Part shown: piece after piece, positions 48,552 through 59,724 of the stretch
Numbering within the stretch: the first letter of the stretch is position 1
How the letters are laid out: the number at the start of each line of letters is the position of its first letter
Source of the DNA: Camelus ferus
Taxonomy: Eukaryota
Assembly: GCF_009834535.1 (NCBI RefSeq)
Contig: NC_045696.1
Span: 89,282,001 to 89,346,000, forward strand
DNA: 64,000 bases
Direction: 5' to 3'
The notes under the pieces: model-generated
What the model was told of the DNA's origin: nothing
Databases searched by the model: none
The model's input: the letters and a program-made list of their open reading frames with translations, nothing else
Translations under genes and position numbers: made by a program

Positions 48552-49971
48552 AGTTTGGAAGACGAGCTGGAGAAGGAAACCTCTGGAACTTTCAACTGCA
48601 AAGACCATTTCTGTGGTAATTGGGTGTAGAGTTGATGGGACCTGGAACTTCACAGCCTGTGGGAGTAGCTCCTTTCACAGGCAGCCGCCCTCAGCTCACA
48701 TTATTCAGGGGCAAAGGGAATGTGGAATATTTTGAAACCTGAAGAAAGAAAAAAAACTCTATAATATCAAGGGTTTTTTTGGGTTTTTTTTGCACCTCCT
48801 GTTCACACATCCCACCTGGCTTCCCCACCCATAAAGGGTGCTTAAAATGACTCAACTCAGTCAGGTGAGAAATGTGGTAATTTTCCTTTTGTAGTCCGTG
48901 AACTATGAAACTCATATCAAGTGTTTGAAATGTTTTTAGCAATTAAGTAGTGGAGTACTTAAATTGCACCAATTTAGTTTAGCTTTTTTCATAACGACAT
49001 AATAACGAGAGAGGTTCCTGTGCTTCTGGCGCCCACGCAGACAGACATTCACGTGCTGCTGGTGCAATATGTCTTTTTATGTGGGATGTGATTTCTGTAT
49101 CTCACAGTACTAACCAGTCTCGCTAGTGGTCTGTTAAACCATGAAACCAATCACGTTACCGAGTCCTAGAGTGATTAGAAAGGAGTGTAATCCTCTCCCC
49201 ATCAGTGTTGGTGCAAACGCTCAGAAGTGATGGCCTCATCTCACTGGGGAAGTTCTGGATCCATCATCAGAGTCCCTGCAAGTTTCATCAGCCTCTGAAA
49301 TCACCGGGCCGGACACTGCATTTTTTGACTTTGACCCTGGATCATTTATTTTGGGGAGGGTGGGGGTGTGGAAATGCCATTCAGAAAGAGCCTTAGCCGG
49401 GACCAAGGGAAAACTGTCATCTCTTCTCAAAGAGGACTTGTCCCAGGGAATAATGGGCCACATTGGCTCTTGTTAATGGGTAAAATTTCTTTTTTTGTGT
49501 ATATATAGACATTGTCACTCTCCCAGAATCATGCATGTGGTGATTAACATCTTGGCTATGTTTTGTTAACTTATTTGAGGAAACTATAAATTACCATTAG
49601 TCTTCTGTAGACATTAGCTGGAGAGTAAATGAAATCTCAATGAATTAATCAGAGAAATGTACTTTATAGCTTCGCCTGTGAAGAACAAATTCACTTTATA
49701 GGGAAGAATGTATTTCTAATTGTCAGGGATACTGTGGAATTCAAATCAGTGTCACTTCATGAGTTTTTTTTTTTTAATAGTTCTATATTTTAGGAAACAG
49801 ACTTTTAACACTCAGAAGTGTAAAATACTTAAAGGACTTTGAATTTTTTAAATGTTTATTATTTTTTATAAGTTGTTTCCCAAAGAAAAGCATAGTTTCA
49901 GAGGTGCTTTGATATAAGCTGGGTTCCTAACAATTTTCAACCTTTTTCCTACTGTAGGTAAAGGGAAGAAC

Positions 49972-49977
49972 AATAAA
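49972..49977 (+). terminator. Candidate proximal polyA signal of FIIND-DD gene
   Basis: AATAAA followed about 25 nt later by a T-rich tract. Confidence 0.45.
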
Positions 49978-51409
49978 TCCGCATCTGTACAGTGCTCATG
50001 TGATTTCTTTTTATTATTATTTACTTACAAATTACTTTTAAAGCATCATATCCTTTGATTGCTCTTACCTTGGCTGTCTGGGCGTGAGTTAGTTTTGCTC
50101 CCAGTCCTCTGGTTCTTGGACTGAGGCCGAGTGCATGTAAACCCGGGCAGACTAACCCGGGAGTTGGCACAGACACAGGGGAACCCTTCTCGCTCTAGGA
50201 ACGATTTAGACTTTCCTCCTGCTGGTTATGGGAAGGTACGTTTTTATTTAAAACCAGATGGATTCGTATTAGTTCCTTCCCCAAAGCATCTCCGTAGCGG
50301 GATTTTCCTGCACGTTTGGGACACATTTTGTTACTGTTTTGAAATGCTTTGGGGGACGAGCTTTCTCCCCTGCTTTGTCATGTGGAAGTGTGTTTTCACT
50401 CCTTTTTATGAAGAGGCCACACTATTTGCTGATTTGCAAGTGTGTCCTCATGAGGACAGTGGTTTTCAGCAGTCGGCCCAGGCTGTCACCGTTGCTGGAA
50501 GTCCCTTCTGGGGAGAAGCAGTGCAGTGCTTGCTGATGGGTGGGATCCCCCCCCGGGTAGCCCGGGTCTCACTGCTGGGATTGCGCCTTTTCCAGCCCAC
50601 GTATCAGGATTTGAGCATTTCTGACAATCACCCTGTGGCTCCTGATATGAAAACAGAGGCCCTGGGGTTGAATTCTGAGTGCAGGCTTCTTCCTGCTTTC
50701 TGACGGGGAGGGCCAGCCTGGAGCTGCCAGTGCATTTAGATCCAGTTTATTCCAATCATGATGTCATTCGTAGTTTGATCTTTAGAAGAGGGGAGGTGAT
50801 CTTTGCCTTTATAGCAAATTGGGAAGTCTAACAGATGGTTTTTTTACTTGTAAAAACTTAAGTTCCGTGGGGCCTCGGGGGAGTTCAGTTTTTTCCCTAA
50901 CTGTGGGAGCCTTTTGTGAAAGGAAATCTCACCTGGAACCTGCACTGGTAGAGCGTTCAGCAGTGGAGCTGCTCTGGTCGGGGGTTTCTGAGGGCTAATG
51001 GGTTATCGGGGCGCCTGCTGGACCCCTGACCTGCTCCTGTCAGGGGCAGTGTGGGAACCAGCAGGTGAAACGACTGCTTGGGTCTCTTGGAGCTACTGTC
51101 CAGGAATTTTCTTCTAGGACATCTGCCCCGGGAAGTAAACCTCTTTCCAGTTCATCAGTGTGGTGCGTTTTGATGGTACAATGCTTCTGAAGGATCACAT
51201 CATCCCAAACCACAAATATGCAAATTGTTTAAGTCAGCAGGCAGGCTTGCGGAGGCCTTGCAGTGCTGCTTGCCCTCTGCAGTGAGGACAGCCAGCTGAC
51301 AGCCGGTGCTCCCTGAGCCTGGCTTCCGGAAGAGGACAGTGACTGCAGAGCCCCCACCTGATCGCAAGGGGCACGTGCCTTGAGCAAGAGATAAATCTTT
51401 GGGAAGACA

Positions 51410-51780
51410 GGCGAAGGGATAAATTAGGAGTCTGGGATGAACAGATACACACTACTATATGTAAAATGGGAGGTGGAGTGGGTATAGCTCAGCAGTAGGG
51501 CGCATGCTTAGCGTGCATGAGGTCCGGGTTCAGTCCCCGGTGCTGCCAGTAAAATAAATAAATATAGAACTTTAATTACCTATCCCCCACAAAAATTTTA
51601 AAAAATAGATAAACAGGGACCTACTGTATAGCACAGGGAACTATATTCAATACCTTGTAATAACCTATAATGGAAAAGAATCTGAAAAAAAAGTATAACT
51701 GAATCACTTTGCTGCACACCTGAAACTAACACAACATTGTAAATCAACTATACTTCAATTTAAAAATTGAAAAAAATAAG
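51410..51780 (+). mobile_element. L1 3' end interrupted by a vic-1-like SINE (~51468-51600)
   Basis: gggataaattaggagtctggga...acactactatatgtaaaat [SINE] agataaac..ggacctactgtatagcacagggaactatattcaata. Confidence 0.85.
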
Positions 51781-52505
51781 GAAATTAACCTTTGTTTTAA
51801 GCCAAAAACCAAACAAAATAGGCTTACGAATTTTGGATTTGCCTCTGTTGTAAGTATGTGTAATTGTTTTTGGCCAAGCAAGTATGTGCATTTTATAGTT
51901 TTTAACTTTTTTTGGTTATTGGGAAAATTTGATCTTTAAATACTAAAGACTTTCTTATTTTTCCTGGAGTAGGAGAAGAAATGAGAAACATGGGAGCCCA
52001 TGAAGATTTGCCTTTCCCTCTCTACCACTTTTGAGTGCCAGGGCCTGAGAACACACGTACACGGGCAACATGGTGTTTCCTATATTTGAGGCTCTCACAA
52101 GGGAGTGTGGGGGAGAGGGGGAGCAGAAAGAACTGTGATGCTGTTTGCAGGGTGATGACGAAAGTGACCCTTGACTCACTGTGACCTTAGCACGAGAGGC
52201 GAAATTGTACCGTGGTTGCGTGCACGGGCCGGAAGCAGGGCACCTGGGTTCAAGTCATCTATCACTTTATTGTGTAAGCTTATACGGTTTCTTGTTTCCT
52301 CTATAAAAAGGGGAAGAGTTGTTGGGAGGATTCTGTGCATTTGTGGTAAACAGTTGTAGAAACGTGCACAGCCCTTGGTAAGCGGGGAGTAAGCATTAGC
52401 TCCTGTCGCGTCTAAAACAGGTTACGTGAGTGTATTATCTTTGATGTTTCATGTCTCAATTTACACTCATAATTTTAATATCATACTCAAAGGTACATGT
52501 GTGTA

Positions 52506-52511
52506 AATAAA
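52506..52511 (+). terminator. Candidate distal polyA signal of FIIND-DD gene
   Basis: AATAAA with TGTA upstream and a GT/T-rich tract at about 52577-52600. Confidence 0.35.
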
Positions 52512-52609
52512 GCTTTTGACCCATTCTTACCAAATACATCGCAACCAAAAAGTTGATACAACTCAATGTTTGAAAATTGTGGTTGGTTTTTTTCCCCTTT
52601 CATTTAAGA

Positions 52610-52970
52610 CAATATTCTTAGCTCCATTTGTGACAACAAAATACCGTGGACTGGCTGCTTAAACAGCAGACGTGGGTCTCTCACAGTTCTGGAGGCTGGG
52701 AAGCCTCAGATCAGGGCGCCGGCGGGTTTGGTGTCTGGTGAGGGCTCTCTTCCTGGTTTGCAGCAGGCCACCTTGTCACTGTGTCCTCACATGGGGGTTG
52801 GGGGAAGATCTCGCCAAATTTCTGCTTATATGAGGCCACTAATCCCATTATGAAGGCTCTACACTTAGGACCTAACCTCCCAAAGGCCCCATCTAATACC
52901 ATCCCACTGGGGATCAGGGCTTCATTCAACACATGCATTTTAGGGGAACACAAACGTTCAGTCTATGACA
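52610..52970 (-). mobile_element. MLT1A-like LTR
   Basis: acaacaaaataccgtggactggctgcttaaac...tctcacagttctggaggctgggaag...caaacgttcagtctatgaca. Confidence 0.8.
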
Positions 52971-53489
52971 ATATTGTAATGCGCTTTACCTTAAATTAGG
53001 AAGCCAAAATTATGCTAGCTAGAACAACTGTCCTCAAACAAGGACAACAACTGCATAGCCCAGGGTGAAATGGCCAAGGGGACTTCCAGCTTCTGCCCGT
53101 GCTGGTCTCAGACAAAGATGGTTTTCTTCCTTTTTATTTCCATGTTTTCTTTCCTCCTTAGGATGTCGGAGGCCCATGTGCATCTCTTGAGTTGTCCAAT
53201 ACCCACCTTTGATGTCTGGTGAGACCACTCCCCAGAACTGGCCTTTTCCCCCAAGCTCTGGGCCCTTAGTGTGGAAACGGTCTGCTGCTTTTCATGTTAG
53301 TTCTCTGATTCAGTCATTCTTAGGTGTGGGAAATACTTTCACTGTTTATTTCCTTTTTTAAAAAGTAATTTGTTATCAAATGCCTCTAGTAGGCTAGCAC
53401 TGGGAGCTATTTTTAGGAGGACCTCAGTCTTACTACTTACTTACTTTGCTCCCACTCTCTGTTCTGTGAAGACAGGACCCTGCCTTTTG

Positions 53490-54128
53490 TTTTTTTAATT
53501 GAAGTCTAGTCAGTTTACAATGTTGTGTCAATTTCTGGTGTACAGCACAATACTTCAGTCATACATATACATGCATATATTTGTTTTCATATTCTTTTTC
53601 ATCATAGGTTACAACAAGATACTGAATATAGTTCCCTGTGCTATACAGTAGAAACTTGTTTATCTATTTTGTGTATAGTAGTTAGTATCTGCAAATCTCG
53701 AACTCCCAATTTATCCCTTCCCACCCCCTTTCCCCTTGGTAACAATAAGTTTGTTTTTTATGTCTGTGAGTCTGTTTCTGTTTTGTAAATAAGTTCATTT
53801 ATGTCTTTTTTTCCCCTTAGATTCCACATATAAGTGGTATCGTATGGTATTTTTCTTTCTCTTTCTGGCTTACTTCACTTAGAATAACAATCTCCATGGT
53901 TTCCCCCAGTCCATCCATGTTGCTGCAAATGGCATTATTGTATTCTTTTTTTTATAGCTAAGTAGTATTCTAGTGTATAAATATACCACAACTTCTTTAT
54001 CCAGTCATCTGTCAATGGACATTAGGTTGCTTCCATGTCTTGGCTATTGTAAATAGTGCGGCTGTGAACATTGGGATGCATGTATCTTTTTGATTCAGAG
54101 CGTCCTCTGGATATATGCCCAGGAGTGT
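53490..54128 (-). mobile_element. Relatively young L1 3' end with TSD
   Basis: ttttaattgaagtctagtcagtttacaatgttg...ggatatatgcccaggagtg flanked by ccctgccttttgt on both sides. Confidence 0.9.
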
Positions 54129-55699
54129 GGGCCCTGCCTTTTGTCATCGTGTCTTGCACCAGATGGCCTCCTCTGCTGAAAACACACAATGTGCTGAGTG
54201 CCATGGAGGGACAGGGCGTCACTGAGGTCTTCAAGCAAACAATATAACAATTAAAAGAAAGTGCTGTTGAGCATTGACTAGATGCCCTGTCATTTAATCC
54301 TCACAACAGCACTGTGAAATAGGGGCTACAGTTTTCTGTATTTCGCAGATAAGAAAATAGCGAAGAACGTTCAACCAATTTGTCCTGGTCACCAAACCCA
54401 AAGGCTAATAATGTTCAAAAACTGCTCACGTTTATCGTGTACATTCTGTGTGTCCAGTGCAATGCTGGTGCTTTGCAGGACTGTTCCATTTAAACTTGTG
54501 CTGATCCTTTGAGACAGGGTCTAATATTATCTTTACCTCTTAGAGGAAGAAACAGGTAGGAAGAGGTCAAAACAAGGTGGTCATGTCACACAAGCTGGAA
54601 ATTGCAGACCCAGGCTGAAAAGAAAAAAATGGAAAACTGACCTTGTAGTGAAGAAAGGGATTGGTTGTGAAGCTGTTTCTTGGGCCAGTCATGTTTTTGC
54701 AGCACATGTCATGGTAATTTCTAGAACCAAAGTGACGCCTGCTTTCCTTTGTATCAACCCAGCCCACAGCCTAGACAGTCGGCTTGCCTCTCCTTGTTGG
54801 GCACAGACAACAGACAAGTGCCATCCACGGGGAGGGGGTGGTGGCAACTCTGCAGCCCAGCCCCATCAAGCCATCAAGCATTTCTCATCCTGAACCTGAT
54901 GCTTCAGGGCAACAGGCTCCTGTCTGAATCACTTGCTGGTCATTCAAGCTTGGGCAGGAATCCCTAAAGAAAAGGAGGAATGTGAGGGGTTCCAGCTTCT
55001 GTCTAATTGTACATCAAGTCAGGTGAGACTGAAAAACTAGGGTTTCCACACGGATGAGGACCTGATCACGTGCACCGCCCCCTACAGGTCACAGAAGGAC
55101 TGAGAGCTGGTGGGAGAGGAGTCACATGAGGAAAGCCGGGGTGGGAAGGAGTCTGAAGAGTTCATTCCTTATGGCCTTTTCGTATTAAGGAGGAATGTGA
55201 TTATCAGTGCGGTAAAATTACATGGCATTCTGTCAGGTGACTCTTAAAATTCATGTGGTTTCAAGAGTTAAAAAGATGGAATTTAATATTTGGGTCATTA
55301 AAAACACATCTCTTAAGCCAAAGCAAGGCAATTATCCAAGTGGTTCACAGAAGTTCTACACAATTTAAAGCAAATAGAGTTTTTCTTATTGTAATTGAGA
55401 AACAACTTCCCCCTGAGGGCCCAAAGGGTCACAAAAATTAGAATAATTTAACTAGAAGGCCTCTTAACGATGTTTTTCCCAGTTGGAAGATTTTACTATT
55501 TGTCTAATGCACAGTATGTTATGGGGCTGTGGTTAATAAGGAAAAACATTTTTATGGATTTTACTTTTAGATTCAGATGTTGAACAAAAATAATAAAGTG
55601 AACTTTCAAAAAATAATTCATTCAGTGGCCTCAGTATTAAGGCAGGTCTAAGTCTTACGAGTCTCCCTTTAAAATATGAGATTGAAGGAACTAGAAAAA

Positions 55700-55856
55700 G
55701 GGTAGGGTATAGCTCAGTGACAGAGCGTGTGCTTAGCATGCACAAGGTCCTGGGTTCAATCCCCAGTATCTCCATTAAGTAAGTAAATAAATAAACCTAA
55801 TTATCTTCCCCCCAAATTAAAAAAAAAAAGAAAAAAAAACTACAATTAAAAAATAA
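55700..55856 (+). mobile_element. vic-1-like SINE with TSD
   Basis: gggtatagctcagtgacagagcgtgtgcttagcatgcacaaggtcctgggttcaatcccc; flanks aaggaactag(a/g)aaa. Confidence 0.88.
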
Positions 55857-56012
55857 AAGGAACTAGGAAACGGGTATGGATATTGCTGCATTCTTTCCAA
55901 GGTGATTCTGTTCAAATTTTATCACTTTTCAGTTTTCCCACAACGTGTATTTTAACACTCAAAGTATTCCAATCACATTAGAAAAATACGAGAATTACTT
56001 TAATTCAGTCGT

Positions 56013-56018
56013 TTTATT
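56013..56018 (-). terminator. IL12A: IL12A polyA signal
   Basis: AATAAA on the minus strand about 510 nt after the stop; ATTAAA follows at ~55999-56004. Confidence 0.75.
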
Positions 56019-56054
56019 TTGAGAACAACATAAGGTATATCTCAAATCCACTTG

Positions 56055-56155
56055 ACAATAAATATTTTAATAAATATGACATAAATAAATATAAGTTAGT
56101 TCACATGCTTTTATGAACACAAAATTATATAAATAAATATTTTAAAATAAATTAT
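56055..56155 (-). promoter_or_regulatory. IL12A: AU-rich element cluster in IL12A 3' UTR
   Basis: Several ATTTA/TTATTTATT motifs on the minus strand (plus strand taaataaat). Confidence 0.7.
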
Positions 56156-56524
56156 GCTTAGAGTGGTTTTTTTCCTACAGACACTTGGGTACTGAAATAG
56201 CTTATAAATTCTTGTTCTTCTATTAAAGGAAAAAAAAGAAAAACATGCCCTTTGAGGACATTTCCCCTCCTTAGTAATTTGCTCATAAAAACTTACCCCT
56301 AGGAAATATGAAATATATTCGGTCAAAGGAATTACGCGGGTAGAACGATCACACCCTTCACATTTGGGATGCTGACCGATGTAGACAAGCATGAGAACTC
56401 CTGCACCAGCCTAAGTGGGACCAGGTCCAGCCACCCCCACCCCAGATCTTAACCCACACCCTTTAGCATTTCTGTGGTTCCGATTTTTATAAAAATGACT
56501 GAGGCTGGGAGAGACCTCCAGTTT

Positions 56525-56680
56525 CTAGGAAGAATTCAGATAGCTCATCATTCTGTCGATGGTCACTGCACGAATTCTGAAGGCATGAAGAAGTATGCAG
56601 AGCTTGATTTTGGTCTTATAAAAATCCGGCTCTTCCAGGGAGGGTTTCTGTGGCACAGTCTCACTGCTGACATTCAGGGC
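56525..56680 (-). CDS. IL12A: IL12A exon 7, coding part
   Basis: ALNVSSETVPQKPSLEEPDFYKTKIKLCILLHAFRIRAVTIDRMMSYLNSS then TAG. Confidence 0.98.
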   Translation of the reverse strand, partial: ALNVSSETVPQKPSLEEPDFYKTKIKLCILLHAFRIRAVTIDRMMSYLNSS

Positions 56681-59668
56681 CTAGGAGGATAAATATTGCA
56701 TGTGACATAGACAGTATTCCGAAATTAAAACGTTCATCCGTAAAAGTGGGTGAAGCCAATACATGTCTCAGAGCCTGCAATCCACTCCCTCATTACATCT
56801 CCTGAACCCAGCACAAATCTACTCCCAGCCAGATGGCCAGGCAGAACCTGAGAGAAGAAATACTCATTATCCAAGCACATGTATCTTCTGCAAGCTCTGA
56901 AAAGACCTTTAGAGCTATTTAGAAAATCATCAGTGGGAGTTGCATTTTAGAAAGGAACGATTCTGTTAAGATGACATCTGCTGTGATATCTAATTAATTT
57001 TTATATGTCACATTAAGAAGCTACGACCTTTTTAGAACAGGAAGGTGATGGATTGCTATTGATTGGAAACTCTGTCAGTATCAGACCTGTTGACTAAAGA
57101 CACCCATTCATGTGACCTGGCAACAAGTCTCCCAGCTTTAGCCCTTTACTTTGATAACACAATGCAAGACCCCACATTTGCACAATGATTAGTACTTCTG
57201 CTTGTTCCTCACAAAAAGCCTAAAAGAAAGGTAGGGCGGAGAAAGTCATTTTAAAGAGGAAGAAATTGAGGGGCAAATGGTCTGGGCATAGTTGTCTGAT
57301 TACTGGTAGAACTGATTCTACTCTCAGTCCTGAAAATGAAATGTCATCTACATCTACAACTCCAGCTGGTGACATTCTTTGATACTTAACATGACGTTCA
57401 CTGCCTTTCAAACAAGATTTGGAGCAACAACAATAAAAAGTGAATGAAATAAAAATAAATTTCTTTTTAGACAGTAATTTTTGACACCAGGTTTTTATCC
57501 CACGCTCTGGCCACTATAGTACTTACTCAGCTCTTCCTTAAGTGACTATTTCTATGTGGTATATTTGCATCATGTGCTATTGTGATTCAGAAAATTACAA
57601 AGCAAGTTCTTGTCTATGAGTAACATCGTGGAGGTGATAGGCCATTCTTTGATTTCATGGACATTTTGGTTCAGGATGGCTCATACCCAGGCACTAGCCC
57701 CGCTTATTTTCTCTAGCAGTATTTGCAGACATGCATGCCAGCCCTTCACATCCACATTTTACAGACTTTAGAGGAGGGTAGTGGAATTCCTTTGATGGGG
57801 GTTTAAATCCTGGCTCCACCACTTACAAGCTATGGGACCTCAGACAAGGGGCTAACCCTCTAAGCATGGGTTTCCTCCTTTGTATAGACCCCATGTGGTT
57901 GCTGCAGGAACCACATAAGGAAATGTATGAAGACCTTTGCTGAGAGCCTGGTGTAGACCACGTGGTCAACCAACAGGAGGCTGCTCTTCTTAATGTGACC
58001 GGCTCATAATGCCCTCTCTCTAGGGGGCGCCCTCAAGTCTGTCTCCCCCAAAGTGGAGCTGGCTTTAGAAGGGGGCATTTCAGGCCTCCCCTACTCCAGG
58101 AAGGGCTGATTGTATACCCCTTCATTGGGGACCCCGCTGGCTGCCTCAGCAGGAAGGCGTTCTCACTGATGGGAAGAGGCCTTACCTGCATCAGCTCAGC
58201 AATGGCTACCAGCATGTTCTGATCCAGAAAGATCTGCCTCTTAGGGTCCATCAGAAGCTTTGCATTCATGGCCTGGAACTCCATATGGTACATCTTCAAG
58301 TCCTCATAGATGCTGCTAAGGCACAGGGTCTGTGTAACATGACAAAATGAGGACAGAACCATTGAGATGGGCCAAAAACATGCCCCACCCCGTCCTTCCC
58401 CCACCATTGCTTTTGAGGAAAGAGTTTTATGTCTTACCGTCATAAAAGGGGTCTTTCCGGAAGCCAGGCAACTCCCATGCTAGAAGAAAGAAATAATTAT
58501 ATATCAATGGCATGAATTCATAATATGAACTGAAACCTATTTAATGTTTTTACTTACAGTTATTAAAGAGGTCTCTCTGGAAGCCAGGCAACTCTCATTC
58601 TAGAGAAAGAAAATCACACATCAAAGACATTAACCCTTAATATAAATTTTTCTGACTTTTCTTCTCAAACATATGTATTTTTTTTTCTCCTGGTAAAAAA
58701 ATACACATAAAATTTACCATCTTAACTATTTTTAAGCGTACAGGTCAGTAGTGTTAAGTATATTCATACTGTTCTGGAAAACCACACCTGTTTTTTAAAT
58801 TAATTTATTTGGGGCGGGTAGGGGAGGTAATTAGGTTTATTTATTTGTTTACTAATGGAGGTACTGGGGATTGAACCCAGGACCTCGTGCATGCTAAGCA
58901 CGTGCTATACCACTGAGCTATACCCTCCCCCCACATCTGTTTTTATACATTTATTTTTTTCAAATCAAACTTCTGCTGTGGGACCTGTTAAAGTCCCATG
59001 ATGATGGACCCCAGAAGCATGCACAGTTTGGGAAGAAGATGAGGTCTGATGCACAGCTCTTAACTGTATTACAAGCTTTGGGAGGAAAATCCTTTATACC
59101 GTGGCTAATTCCAGTGGTAAGCAGGCCTCCACTGTGCTGGTTTTATCTTTGGTGATATCTTCATGGTCAATCTCTTCAGAAGTGCAAGAGTAAAATTCTA
59201 GGGTTTGTCTGGCCTGTGAAACATAAAGAGAAACCCAGTTTATGGTAACAGTTAACATGGCACCCGGCTCCCCATGGTGGGGGGGGGGCGCCAGAGTGCC
59301 CGCTGCCCTTGACTCCATCTCTGACTTGTAGGAAATTCAGGGTTTTCATCAGACAACAGGTCATTTACAGTCTCTCTCCCTCCTTGCCTCTCTCCCTCCT
59401 CTCCTTTTGCTTAGGACATGTTTCTCTGGACGATGTTTTTCCATTATGTAAACACTATAAATCATTTCAACAGGCTGTGCTAACCAGCATCTACACCACG
59501 CTGTGACACTTGCTTCTGGTGAAAACTGTTGTTTTCCTTTTGCCAAAGCGCCTGTGTTTTATGAATACCTTCTTCAAGTATAATTTCTGCAGGGGGACTT
59601 TTAAGGCCACTACTTGATGGATATAACAAACAGGCAACCCTAAAGACAGGTGGAGATTTAATGTGCGG

Positions 59669-59724
<56 letters not shown>

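Noticed and set aside
50131..50703. 190-aa ORF downstream of the FIIND-DD stop
   Set aside because: GTG start, no recognisable motif, lies in putative 3' UTR or intergenic DNA
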